From the IMG/VR virus record IMGVR_UViG_3300020037_003876: 36,621 nt of DNA. One strand, written 5' to 3'. The notes under the pieces were generated by a model. That model ran no database searches. It had not been told where the DNA came from and was given only the letters and a program-made list of their open reading frames with translations. Shown piece by piece: positions 18,479-27,625 of this stretch. How positions within the stretch are numbered: position 1 is the first letter of the stretch; every line of letters begins with the position of its first letter. The stretch comes from a virus. The position numbers and the translations under genes were made by a program.

Positions 18479-20602
18479 TTACATGTTAAGCGATTCGTTA
18501 AGTAAATCAGTTGCCTTGCTGTATGCTTCCGCATTCCCGCTGCCAATAATTTTATCTATGCCGGTAGCATCTTTTATTGTTTTCAAAGTTGCAGCTAAAG
18601 TATTTTGAGTTTCTATGATGGCCTTTTGTTGCTCGAGTTGTCGCTCAAACATCTTAAACATTCTATCCATATCAATTTTTTGCTGATTCTGATTTATTTC
18701 TGCGTTAGCAACAACGTCAGCCCTATCCTCTCTACGTTGCGCCACCTGAGCATCAACATTTACCTTTGCTGCCTGCGCTTGAGCTTTGTCAATCTCAGCC
18801 TGAGCCAACAGTGTGGCTGGATCTGGCTGTTGTGGCTGCGACTGCATTTGTTGCATTTTCTGCTTTTCTTCGTCGGTCATTTGCTCGACCGGTATCACAC
18901 CTGCCTGGAACAATTGTTGACGTTTTCTTTGGGCTATTAAATCCATGCCTGGTGAAGAAAGATTGTTAAATAGTATATCACTACCCATTTGTATTACAGA
19001 TGGGTCAACCACGGCAATCTCAGTTATTGCTGCTACAGTTTCTTGCTGTCGACTCTGGAATGACGGACCGGATGAGCATGAGACACTGAACTTACCTTTT
19101 GATAAATCATTAACAGTTACCATTTTTCTGGTCTGCTGATCAAATACAGGCTGGTTAATAGTGCGAATATCGACGCTTCCGTCTTGACCGAGAATCATCA
19201 TTTCTCTTTCTGTACTATATACACGTGGAATTGTGTTTACTTGTATTCTTGCTGTGCGTGCAATAGCTCTCTCATGAGCGCGGAAATATTTTATTGTGCC
19301 TACATCTCCCTTGTCTTGCAGCCTTTTTATAGCCACACCAGATTGCAGACCAGGATTATCGCCCATGCTTGCAGCGTACAGGCTTGCAGACTGCTGATGA
19401 ACTGTTCTCATATCAGCAGATAAAGTAGCCAGGCCAGGGTTAACCATTGCACCCCCAGATTGTTGCGGAGTCCCTGGATTAAGCGGATCTGGATTAAAAT
19501 GCTGCACCGGGTCAGCATTAGTGTTAAGAGTTGCCAGCGTATCTTCGTGTCCAGCGGTTTGTGTTTGCGTCAGCCAGTACTTAGCCCTGGGAGCGAGAGC
19601 CGCCTCTTCAATTTCGCGTGATTTGCTGTAGTTGAAAACACGCTGCGAGTCCATCAATTTCTCAACTACTCCGCGATAGATTACTTTATTTTCAAATATT
19701 TTAAAGTTTGCAAATTCAGGTATTACAGGTATTTCACTAAAAACCGTTTCTTGCGGCTCGTTAAGCCATTCTTTGCCGTCAAAAAGTCTTGAATACACGG
19801 TTGCTTCATTGCGCTTGCGTGTCTTTGCTATTGAATCTCCAGCGGCGATAATATCATCTATAATGTCTTGATTGTCTTCTTCGTCTAGCACCTTACCTGA
19901 CTGCATTAATAGCAGAGTCCTGGGTTCATACTCTATATAAAATATATTTCCTATTATTACCTGATCTGCTTTGTCATAATATGCCTGAGCAGTTCTACCA
20001 TCCCCCACTGAAACGCACGACATTTCATCGCCATACTTTTCTTTATATTCGTCTTTATCCATTGCTTCCAAAACTACGCACCACTCTGCGTCAGATGCGT
20101 CAGGTTTTTTGAATGGTCCGAACCAAACCGAATCAATGAAATTTGCTATGGGAACAACAGCAAGATCCTGCTCGAAACTGTCGCAGTCCTGGAACTTCTG
20201 AACGATCATCCATCCGTCTATTCCCGACGTAACCATGTTACGAGCTGACATATTGTAGATGTCAATTGCGCCAGATTGATCTTCAATGCTGCGAATTATC
20301 CCGCCAAACAGCTTTGCATCTTCTTTAGAAGATACTCCTCCAGCTGGAGTTATTGACACACCAAAGTCTGCGCGTTCAATCTCTCCAGAAATCGCATCAA
20401 CAACAGGCCCGGTCATGTCAAACGTATATCGAGGCTTCCCCTCGCTAGCATTCCACCAATACGGCTCCCATTGCCCATCACGCTTATCAATGAATAAGTG
20501 AGCCTCACGAGCAGCGTCCCGGTTATCCTTATCTGCGTCTTGAGATTCTTTCAAGCACTTTAAAACGTACGCGTGATCAGAGTAATCGCTCATCATCCCC
20601 AT
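18479..20602 (-). CDS. Portal protein, P22-like, with a long Gln/Ala-rich C-terminal barrel.
   Basis: GKFSVSCSSGPSFQSRQQET compares with P22 [20 protein letters not shown]. The C-terminal coiled QAQAAK.. region resembles P22. An alternative start at ATG 20596 gives an ATGA overlap with the terL stop. Confidence 0.9.
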   Translation of the reverse strand: MGMMSDYSDHAYVLKCLKESQDADKDNRDAAREAHLFIDKRDGQWEPYWWNASEGKPRYTFDMTGPVVDAISGEIERADFGVSITPAGGVSSKEDAKLFGGIIRSIEDQSGAIDIYNMSARNMVTSGIDGWMIVQKFQDCDSFEQDLAVVPIANFIDSVWFGPFKKPDASDAEWCVVLEAMDKDEYKEKYGDEMSCVSVGDGRTAQAYYDKADQVIIGNIFYIEYEPRTLLLMQSGKVLDEEDNQDIIDDIIAAGDSIAKTRKRNEATVYSRLFDGKEWLNEPQETVFSEIPVIPEFANFKIFENKVIYRGVVEKLMDSQRVFNYSKSREIEEAALAPRAKYWLTQTQTAGHEDTLATLNTNADPVQHFNPDPLNPGTPQQSGGAMVNPGLATLSADMRTVHQQSASLYAASMGDNPGLQSGVAIKRLQDKGDVGTIKYFRAHERAIARTARIQVNTIPRVYSTEREMMILGQDGSVDIRTINQPVFDQQTRKMVTVNDLSKGKFSVSCSSGPSFQSRQQETVAAITEIAVVDPSVIQMGSDILFNNLSSPGMDLIAQRKRQQLFQAGVIPVEQMTDEEKQKMQQMQSQPQQPDPATLLAQAEIDKAQAQAAKVNVDAQVAQRREDRADVVANAEINQNQQKIDMDRMFKMFERQLEQQKAIIETQNTLAATLKTIKDATGIDKIIGSGNAEAYSKATDLLNESLNM

Positions 20603-22041
20603 GCTTTAAACTTAATTGTCTTTGATTTTACACCTATATCCCCAACTCTAACAGAAAATCTACGCATCATGTAAGCATATCTTACAGCATCAAGCAAATC
20701 ATCCATTGTTTTAGATATCTTGCCTTTATCGTCTCGATGATATTGCAACACTTCATCGAGTAATTGTCGCAATCCAGAGAATATTTTAAACTTCCCTTTT
20801 CGCATCAGGTCGTTTATTTCGTAAAGTCCAGTTTCAACACTATTCCCTCCCTCGGGCCATGTCGCGAATGAATGCAGCATCTTAAATCCAGCATCTTCGT
20901 AGTGGACCTTTAGCTGCTTAGAATCATCCCTTGCTTTCTCGTGCTGCAGACCATCATGCGGCCATGCTGTCGGCACATTCTCCGACCATAGTTTAACAGC
21001 CCCCCACGCGTCGTTTGCGCTTACTTTGCTTGCTTTGTACGCATTGACAACATAAAACATATCATTGTCACGGTCTTCGACTAATCTTATATGCGCTTGC
21101 GGATGGTCATAACCAAAATCCATTCCGTTTATAACAAAGAAATGATCTGGGATATGAAATGGATCGCACGTTATATAATCCTCACCAAGATCATAAATTC
21201 TTCCATGCCCGAGCATCGGTATTCCTTTTGTCCGCATATCCCGCTGGTGCAATGGATACTGCTTGATAAGCCTCTCTCTTTTCTCCGCAGTCATGTGCGG
21301 AGCGTCATCCCAGCCTTTCTGCATAAAAAATTGCGCCGGACTCGGGTTATCCATAAACTGCACGACCAGCTCAGTGCGGCCATTTTCAGGGGTGAACGTG
21401 TAAATCCCCCTTCCACCTCTGCCGTTATCGCCATTAATTGTTCTGGTTAATACTTGAGGTCTGATGTTTTGATCTTTGGGCTCCTCATCGATGTGGAACC
21501 AATCGACAATATCCCCCATGATCGCATGCTGCCCTTGCGAGTACGACCAAAACTGCATAGTAGACAACTCACCTGACGAATGTTTCACGCGAACTGTTCT
21601 CATCGCGTTTGTCGTTCCCATTGCGCTTTCGTGAGATACGATCCGCTCTCTCGGCACTAAACCACCAGATAACTCTCCGTTTTCAACTATGCCAAATAAA
21701 GCAGTTTGCAGCAGATCCCTGGTTTTTTCCATAGAATACCCGAGACCCCAACAGAGCGGAGCGGCTTCAAACCTGTGCCCAGTCCATCCATCCGGGTAAT
21801 CACCCAACAAATGAATTGCATCAATAGTTGTTCCTGTGAACGTTTTGCCAATCTGATTTGCAGCACAAAGACAAGATTCGTAGTATTTTGAAGTTGCTTC
21901 CACAAATTCAATCTGCCATGGATACATTGATTTAAATGCATTCCTGGCAGCATAGAGTCGCTCTCTTCTAAGTTTTTCATCAATCAAGACAACTAACTCA
22001 GCCTTCAATCTTGGAGATAATCGATTTAATTTTTCTATCAA
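20593..22041 (-). CDS. terL: Terminase large subunit.
   Basis: 482 aa. Walker-A-like AANQIGKT, a WQIEF motif and a nuclease-half DD/E signature. The track start is TTG and overlaps the small-subunit candidate. Confidence 0.9.
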   Translation of the reverse strand: MIEKLNRLSPRLKAELVVLIDEKLRRERLYAARNAFKSMYPWQIEFVEATSKYYESCLCAANQIGKTFTGTTIDAIHLLGDYPDGWTGHRFEAAPLCWGLGYSMEKTRDLLQTALFGIVENGELSGGLVPRERIVSHESAMGTTNAMRTVRVKHSSGELSTMQFWSYSQGQHAIMGDIVDWFHIDEEPKDQNIRPQVLTRTINGDNGRGGRGIYTFTPENGRTELVVQFMDNPSPAQFFMQKGWDDAPHMTAEKRERLIKQYPLHQRDMRTKGIPMLGHGRIYDLGEDYITCDPFHIPDHFFVINGMDFGYDHPQAHIRLVEDRDNDMFYVVNAYKASKVSANDAWGAVKLWSENVPTAWPHDGLQHEKARDDSKQLKVHYEDAGFKMLHSFATWPEGGNSVETGLYEINDLMRKGKFKIFSGLRQLLDEVLQYHRDDKGKISKTMDDLLDAVRYAYMMRRFSVRVGDIGVKSKTIKFKAWG

Positions 22042-22297
22042 GATCTTCGTCGCTTATTTTTATAGGATTATCCGGTTGCCCGCCGAGATTCACATCTTTT
22101 GGAAGTATTTTTCCTATAAGACCCATAAACGCAGATGGGTTTTCCATTGCTTGCAACGCAAGATAATTTTGCCCACCAGCATCATCAAGAGCGCCACGAA
22201 TCATGTCTTTGAGTTCGGTTGTTACTTTGTTAGGCTTTCCCTTTCGACTCCCGCCCTTAGGTTGCGGCCTCTTATACTTTGGTTTTTCGGCACTCAT
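21998..22297 (-). CDS. Putative terminase small subunit or DNA-binding protein with a basic N-terminus.
   Basis: ATG 22297 (MSAEKPKYKRPQPKGGSRKGKPNK...); the track start 22312 is TTG. It sits immediately upstream of terL, and I recall the family being annotated as small terminase. Confidence 0.5.
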   Translation of the reverse strand: MSAEKPKYKRPQPKGGSRKGKPNKVTTELKDMIRGALDDAGGQNYLALQAMENPSAFMGLIGKILPKDVNLGGQPDNPIKISDEDLDRKIKSIISKIEG

Positions 22298-22308
22298 TTG
22301 GCATTTTG

Positions 22309-22584
22309 TCAATAAACTATTGTAGATCGTGTAACAGCATTTAAGTTGCTCGGCTGTCTGTTTTGATAAACATTACCATACTGTCCATAAGGATTTCTAA
22401 CGCTATCAGGTGAGTATACGCTACCATATCGGCCATAAGGATTAGAAATTGAATTTGGATCATACGGATTAGAGTTGTAATTACCCAAGTATTTCCCGGT
22501 GTTTGGATCAACCAAGATCGGTTGCTGTGCATAAACTTCAAAGCACAATAAAAATAATATAGTAACAAATAAATATTTACTCAT
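22309..22584 (-). CDS. Secreted Asn/Pro/Tyr-repeat protein.
   Basis: ATG 22584 lies 6 nt after aaggag. Signal peptide MSKYLFVTILFLLCFEVYA|QQ. Repeated NPY(G/D)..(G)S.YSP.S motifs. Confidence 0.7.
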   Translation of the reverse strand: MSKYLFVTILFLLCFEVYAQQPILVDPNTGKYLGNYNSNPYDPNSISNPYGRYGSVYSPDSVRNPYGQYGNVYQNRQPSNLNAVTRSTIVY

Positions 22585-22603
22585 GATCATCTCCTTTTTA
22601 TGT

Positions 22604-22873
22604 TTATTGTTTCACCTTCAGTTTATCCATTGCATTTTCAAGTTTATCAGTCAATCCATTCGGTGATGATTTATATCGACACAGATCAACATCAAGCAAC
22701 CAGTTAATTTCACTGACAGACAATTTAACACCAATCATCTTTTCATTAAGCCTCAGCATCCTGCTAATCTGGCCCTGATCAACTCCGTGCTTCCTTCCTG
22801 CATCGGCTTGCGACATCCCTGCCTTGATGTCATCAAGCGCGTCCTGTGTTTGTTTTGAGCGCGGCCTAGGCAT
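22604..22873 (-). CDS. HTH DNA-binding protein; an alternative small-terminase or regulator candidate.
   Basis: MSQADAGRKHGVDQGQISRML is a helix-turn-helix-like segment. Confidence 0.5.
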   Translation of the reverse strand: MPRPRSKQTQDALDDIKAGMSQADAGRKHGVDQGQISRMLRLNEKMIGVKLSVSEINWLLDVDLCRYKSSPNGLTDKLENAMDKLKVKQ

Positions 22874-23183
22874 TTAACCACTCTATTATTTTGATTTGAT
22901 CGTTATTAACGACCGCATAATCAGTGAATCCGTCATATTTGTTAATAATTCCATCAGCCTCGTTTTCTTCTAATTGTTCTGCAACATCGCTGTTTTTGCC
23001 GTTAAAAATTGGATCGTTTATTTCAATCTCAACAATCGCAACATATTTATATCCGGCAGCACCAATTTCTTCAAGCATTTCTTCTTGATCAGGGCTTATG
23101 CTTGTGAACCAGAAACCGTCTGATTTTTCAGAATCGAACTTATCAAATTTAACATTGCTGTAGTGATATACTTTCATCTTCAT
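22866..23183 (-). CDS. Acidic hypothetical protein, first gene after the late promoter.
   Basis: 105 aa. YHYSNVKFDKFD...GFWFTS; no confident family. Confidence 0.5.
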   Translation of the reverse strand: MKMKVYHYSNVKFDKFDSEKSDGFWFTSISPDQEEMLEEIGAAGYKYVAIVEIEINDPIFNGKNSDVAEQLEENEADGIINKYDGFTDYAVVNNDQIKIIEWLNA

Positions 23184-23213
23184 TATCCAATTTGTTTAAC
23201 TGCTGATGTGATA

Positions 23214-23241
23214 ATTATACTATGATTTAAAAATAAGTCAA
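23214..23241 (-). promoter_or_regulatory. Near-consensus sigma70 promoter for the late (morphogenesis) operon.
   Basis: On the minus strand: TTGACT (23241-23236), 16-nt spacer, TATAAT (23219-23214). Confidence 0.65.
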
Positions 23242-23321
23242 GAGTTATTTATAAGATACCGCGACATTCCTTTCTTACATTTTTTGTGCGTAATCGTTTG
23301 CTATATCTATTTCATCAGCCA

Positions 23322-24827
23322 TTAAGATAACCTCAAAATAACAACATTAACCGAACATCCCTGGAATTCATTGTGCAGCACCTCGCTGTATTCATGCTTC
23401 ATACCATCGACTATAGTTTTATTCTTGTAACTGGCCGGTAACACAGCAACCAATAAACCTCCTTTCTTGATCAATCCTGCTGCGTGAATAACATGAGTTT
23501 CTGCGCGCTTATCAGAAAAAGGCGGATTCATAACGCATTTATCCCACTTAACGCTAGGATTGTAAGAGATAAAATCCTTGCACATAACACGCTCATAACC
23601 CTTTGCTCTAAGCACATCACAATGCAGCTCTGAAATATCAATGCAATAAATAAGAGCTTCTTTTGTGATTTGATCTGCGATCGCTCCCTGTCCTGCGCTT
23701 GGTTCTAAGACTTGATCGCCCGGCTGAATAACCGCCCACTCAACAACACGCATTGCGATATGGTCTGGCGTTGGATAATATTGGTGAGACTTTTGCTCTG
23801 GTAGCATTCCTTGCCGACATATTTCAGAAATAACCGGCTTGACGTTGTATTCAAACTCCCAATAACCACCTTTTGAGTTAACCCCTCCGATGTACTCGAG
23901 CGTTGTTTTAGTTCGTGTTGATAATTCAGATCCCCACGACCTCATCCCAGATTCTTCTATCCTTAGCTCACGCAACTGATTCACAACATCGAATCCTAGC
24001 AAGTCGTATTGCAATTCAAATTCTTTTGATTTCTTCTTCGGCGGCGTGCGGAATTCGTTAGGAATTGCGTTCGGGTGTAGGTAAGCCAATACCTGATTTA
24101 ACCGATAAGCCATTTCCTGGTGAACTTCCATGTGCGCAGTGCCGATCTTGTACAGCCTGATTTTCCAGGCGCCGCCATCAAACGAATACCACTGGCCATC
24201 TCTCGGCAATCTATTAAGATCAGACCAGGTGTTGCTTGAACTTGCGTGACCCCTGCCCATGAAATTAGCTATTACCGTTCGCATATCGTGGATGTATTGG
24301 CACCTATCGTGAGAGAACGACCCGTAATCAAGCGTGTAACCAATAATAAAACGCTTGCCGAAACCTTGCGGAATGTTTGTTACGTGGCTGTGCGATAGAT
24401 TAGTGAATATCCCATCAACGCGTTCAGCAAGGAATCTTTCTCGGCTCACCAACAAATCTTTAAGCGTCGCATACACCGTATCAATCTCAAACTTTGGTGT
24501 TTTGTGCTTTCTGATTTGTTCGTGCCAGTCATTGCGCTTTGCGGCCGGCATATACTCAAGAACATCGGTAAGTTTCATGGCTCTCTGCCAGAATTCGGCA
24601 TCTACCGCTTTTTTTGCAGATTCAGCTTTGAAGATTTCTCCTACGTTACAAGATCCTTTGTAATCGTTTGCCGCCGCAGCACGGAAGAAATAATCAGTAG
24701 CCGCGCTATCAATTGATTCAGCCACCGACTCTACGCGTGAAATTATGCTGCTGTACTCGCTAAAAAGGCTGTTTAGCGGGTTGTACAGATCAAGGTCTGA
24801 TGATTGATTGATATTAAGTTGGCTCAT
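23322..24827 (-). CDS. N6-adenine DNA methyltransferase with a DUF4942-type N-terminal domain.
   Basis: Motif I VLEPSAGQGAIA and motif IV VMNPPF. ATG 24827 (MSQLNIN); the track start is TTG. Confidence 0.85.
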   Translation of the reverse strand: MSQLNINQSSDLDLYNPLNSLFSEYSSIISRVESVAESIDSAATDYFFRAAAANDYKGSCNVGEIFKAESAKKAVDAEFWQRAMKLTDVLEYMPAAKRNDWHEQIRKHKTPKFEIDTVYATLKDLLVSRERFLAERVDGIFTNLSHSHVTNIPQGFGKRFIIGYTLDYGSFSHDRCQYIHDMRTVIANFMGRGHASSSNTWSDLNRLPRDGQWYSFDGGAWKIRLYKIGTAHMEVHQEMAYRLNQVLAYLHPNAIPNEFRTPPKKKSKEFELQYDLLGFDVVNQLRELRIEESGMRSWGSELSTRTKTTLEYIGGVNSKGGYWEFEYNVKPVISEICRQGMLPEQKSHQYYPTPDHIAMRVVEWAVIQPGDQVLEPSAGQGAIADQITKEALIYCIDISELHCDVLRAKGYERVMCKDFISYNPSVKWDKCVMNPPFSDKRAETHVIHAAGLIKKGGLLVAVLPASYKNKTIVDGMKHEYSEVLHNEFQGCSVNVVILRLS

Positions 24828-24828
24828 G

Positions 24829-25266
24829 TCAAGCAACCTTCAAATCAAGTTCACGCACGATCACAACAACTCCGGGTGTTTCAGCATATCTTTTGCTTTG
24901 CGATGATTTAATAATCTGCGTATCGTCGTTGTAAACAACACCATTCATGCCATCTTCGATTGCTTTAAGTACATTCGAGCAATCCGGTTTTTTTGTGGCG
25001 GCTATCAATCCTTCAGCAGCTTGTTGCTGCTTTTTCTTTGACCATGATTGAGGTATCTGCAATCGAATATCAATCTCCATTGATACCGGCCCGGTAATTA
25101 ATGATCTTCCAGCCATCGCTATGTGTCCGGCATGCGCCACAAGGGATTCATAATTTGCTGTTTTCTCAGGCGTGTAATGAGTGAGAAATTTTCCACGCCT
25201 TGCTGTTTTATGTCTTCCTTTTGCCACCGGATGCCCTGGCACCGTAAAAATAACTTCAGTAGTCAA
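24829..25266 (-). CDS. rusA: RusA-family Holliday junction resolvase.
   Basis: FTVPGHPVAKGR... KKPDCSNVLKAIEDGMNGVVYNDDTQI matches the RusA signature (KPDxDN..K...D.L.G....DD.Q). The start is TTG. Confidence 0.85.
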   Translation of the reverse strand: MTTEVIFTVPGHPVAKGRHKTARRGKFLTHYTPEKTANYESLVAHAGHIAMAGRSLITGPVSMEIDIRLQIPQSWSKKKQQQAAEGLIAATKKPDCSNVLKAIEDGMNGVVYNDDTQIIKSSQSKRYAETPGVVVIVRELDLKVA

Positions 25267-25294
25267 AATTTCACCAGTCCTTTTTCAATTAAAA

Positions 25295-25561
25295 TTACCC
25301 GTATAGACTTTGCATTGTTTCACCAAGCAAATTCAATTCGTTCTGCTTCATTACTTTCAGCATAAATTGCTGCCCGTGAATTCCGTTTCGTTCGCCCTGG
25401 TGGCAATCCTTGCAAAGCGGTATCGTGCAAAAATCGTGCGCTCTACGTCCTTTGATTCGACCTTCTAAAATGTGATGTGCGTCGCTTGGAGCACTGGCGC
25501 CACACAAACAGCACGGCATTGATTTGATGCGCTCAATGTGTTTATAAATCGACTTACTCAC
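25295..25561 (-). CDS. Ref-like / HNH-type zinc-binding nuclease (recombination enhancement family).
   Basis: CCLCG...AHHI...IPLCKDCHQG..GIHG. The GTG start overlaps the upstream stop (GTGA). Confidence 0.55.
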   Translation of the reverse strand: MSKSIYKHIERIKSMPCCLCGASAPSDAHHILEGRIKGRRAHDFCTIPLCKDCHQGERNGIHGQQFMLKVMKQNELNLLGETMQSLYG

Positions 25562-26133
25562 TCATCCACCATCAGATCAGCCATGCTTTCAATCTGCCCG
25601 GGAGAAAGATCTGGCCAATATTTTTCCGCGATGAATATGCATATCTTTTCAGCCGCGCAATGAAATTCAGCTTCATCCATGCTATCGAAACTCAGGCTTC
25701 TTGGGATTCGTGAAATCATGAATCCGTTGTCATTTATTCGGAATCCGATCAAAGATAAAATTGGCTCTACAACTGACCGCACATATTTCCAGACTTGAAA
25801 CTCGAATCCGTGAATTTTTATTGCTATTTCGTCACAGCATATATTTCCTTCAAGCTGTAGCCGTTTTATTACCGCGTGCCCGTCCATGCCGATAAACTCT
25901 TCGATGTTCTGTGCGCACAGCAAACCTAGCTTATGCACAAGCCGGTTAAATTTTGGATTCCGCAGCTTAACGATATCAACCTTTACCACATCCCCAATGT
26001 GTAGCTTTTTATTACGCAGCATGGTCTCAGCGTACTTGTCGGCAGGGGCAAATCCGCCTTTGATTACACGCAGATGCACCTTCTCGCGCTTTTGTCTTGG
26101 TCTGGCTGCTGGTAGTGTGTTTGCGCTATTCAT
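25558..26133 (-). CDS. nin-region protein, DUF1367-like (tentative).
   Basis: 191 aa. VDIVKLRNPKFNRLVHKLGLL resembles the RNxxFHRKFFALL motif I recall for DUF1367. Confidence 0.4.
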   Translation of the reverse strand: MNSANTLPAARPRQKREKVHLRVIKGGFAPADKYAETMLRNKKLHIGDVVKVDIVKLRNPKFNRLVHKLGLLCAQNIEEFIGMDGHAVIKRLQLEGNICCDEIAIKIHGFEFQVWKYVRSVVEPILSLIGFRINDNGFMISRIPRSLSFDSMDEAEFHCAAEKICIFIAEKYWPDLSPGQIESMADLMVDE

Positions 26134-26359
26134 TTGTCGTTCTTTGTACCCATAGTCTCTTCACCACTTCCTTCAATTTTTGCATCGCTTCAGGCCCGCG
26201 CTTCTGTCCGTATCTTTCTATTTCTGCTGATCGCTCTTGCCGATCTGTCATTTCACAGATTTTTACTGCCAAATTGTGACGCTTCAGGCACTCCTGCTTG
26301 TATTTTTCGGTGTACGTTGGCGCCGGTTCTTTGCTGCATTGTTCGCATTGGCATGGCAT
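26126..26359 (-). CDS. Hypothetical protein with a Cys-rich N-terminus.
   Basis: 77 aa, MPCQCEQCSK... Confidence 0.55.
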   Translation of the reverse strand: MPCQCEQCSKEPAPTYTEKYKQECLKRHNLAVKICEMTDRQERSAEIERYGQKRGPEAMQKLKEVVKRLWVQRTTNE

Positions 26360-26364
26360 AGAAA

Positions 26365-26559
26365 TTATTTATTCTCTGGCTCGTAAACTAGCTTTGGCAG
26401 CCATCCAACACACCCAAGTTCTTCTGGCGAGAAATTAAAATCCTGATCGTCAGTAAGAATTCCATCTTCTTCGAGACGCAGCATAGCCAAACAACTTACC
26501 TCGCCGCACTCATCAATAAATATCAGAACATCACCATCCGATGTTTTTAACTCACTCAT
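26365..26559 (-). CDS. Small acidic hypothetical protein.
   Basis: 64-aa ORF, tightly packed. Confidence 0.55.
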   Translation of the reverse strand: MSELKTSDGDVLIFIDECGEVSCLAMLRLEEDGILTDDQDFNFSPEELGCVGWLPKLVYEPENK

Positions 26560-26605
26560 CGGATAAGCTCAGTTACTATTATTTTGTTGCCGGATTGGTG
26601 GAGTT

Positions 26606-26812
26606 TCATTTCTTATTACCATTCAATTCATCAAGCTTGTCGGCGATTTGTCGTAGATCTGCAGAGCTAGAAACCTCAAAATTGTTGAACCATGTAAACA
26701 GCCATCTTTTGTCCTGCTGCTTACGTAATTCAGCCAATCTGTTAACACCGCGAGTAACAGTCACCCTTTCTTTTGCAACGCTTAAAGTAAACTCCAACAT
26801 ATATATCTCCAT
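26606..26812 (-). CDS. Small hypothetical protein.
   Basis: 68-aa ORF. A second in-frame ATG at 26800 has the better SD (ggag). Confidence 0.5.
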   Translation of the reverse strand: MEIYMLEFTLSVAKERVTVTRGVNRLAELRKQQDKRWLFTWFNNFEVSSSADLRQIADKLDELNGNKK

Positions 26813-26991
26813 AAAAATAAAACCAAGTCAGAAGCTGGCCAGATTTTCACTGGCAACGCTGTGTATTCTAAGCAGTACTTTCATGCTATCCCAAGTCTCC
26901 CATTTCACAGCAAACCTGCCATTAAGGTTGAGTGTACTATCCGCTCCGCAGCTTCATTCTTGGCCACCGTTTAACCACGGTAGCACGGGTT

Positions 26992-27108
26992 TTGTTAGTG
27001 ACCGGAGCTGAGTCTCTTTACCCGGCATGGCTTCAAAGTGTTCCAGTCCATCTCTGCCTACTACACTGGTTTCGCTGCACGTCAGCTTAATCGTGCATTC
27101 ACTAACAA
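26992..27108. repeat. Module I: a 10-bp closing helix plus a conserved internal hairpin.
   Basis: ttgttagtga (26992-27001) pairs with tcactaacaa (27099-27108). Hairpin gcacg (27077-27081) / cgtgc (27092-27096) has loop tcagcttaat. Confidence 0.7.
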
Positions 27109-27199
27109 GTTGTTGATACTTCCTTGGCTACCTCAAGCATGGCGGTTAGAGGATTTTTAACTACGCCAATTTACCCAGAAATATCAACACTTCTTAGTG
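27100..27199. repeat. Hairpin IIa.
   Basis: cactaacaagttgttgata (27100-27118) pairs with tatcaacacttcttagtg (27182-27199), with one C.C mismatch and one bulged T. Confidence 0.7.
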
Positions 27200-27208
27200 C
27201 TGCATTCA

Positions 27209-27351
27209 CTAACAATTAAGGCGGCTGGGCTTGATACCAGCTCCGGGCTGCTAATGTACTGAGCTACATTCCGGTTCCTCGTGACTTTATCTCAGTTTGC
27301 ACCAAGCGTGTCCTTACGGTTTTATCCTCCACGCCGCGCCTTAATTGTTAG
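27209..27351. repeat. Element B1, closed by a perfect 15-bp helix.
   Basis: ctaacaattaaggcg (27209-27223) pairs with cgccttaattgttag (27337-27351). Inner hairpins: 27224-27241, 27253-27270 and 27306-27334. Confidence 0.75.
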
Positions 27352-27373
27352 CCATCCGTATCGTGGATGAGAC

Positions 27374-27490
27374 GTGTTAGTGACCGGAGCTGGTACTATC
27401 CCGGCATTCCCGTTTCTTGATTGATCAGACCAAGCGCAAGGCAAGTACCCACCTCAAGGCACGTCAGCTTAATCGTGCATTCACTAACAA
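27374..27490. repeat. Module I', the second copy of module I.
   Basis: tgttagtga (27375-27383) pairs with tcactaaca (27481-27489). 27459-27492 is 34/34 identical to 27077-27110, and 27374-27392 is 18/19 identical to 26992-27010. Confidence 0.75.
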
Positions 27491-27618
27491 GTCATGTGCT
27501 CTAAAGGCGAAAAGCGGTTCCGGTATCTTGGACAGTCCAAAGGGCGTCAGGCACTTTGACCCTACGCCCTGCCGGTGCGACCTTCTCGGCTTGTAATAAG
27601 AGCACATGCTTCTTACTG
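27482..27618. repeat. Hairpin IIb.
   Basis: cactaacaagtcatgtgctct (27482-27502) pairs with agagcacatgcttcttactg (27599-27618). Confidence 0.7.
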
Positions 27619-27625
27619 CTGCATT

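Noticed and set aside
26541-27011. 156-aa plus-strand ORF.
   Set aside because: It lies antisense to two well-supported minus-strand genes (26365-26559 and 26606-26812) and has a Ser/Leu-rich low-complexity translation. It is a typical shadow ORF.
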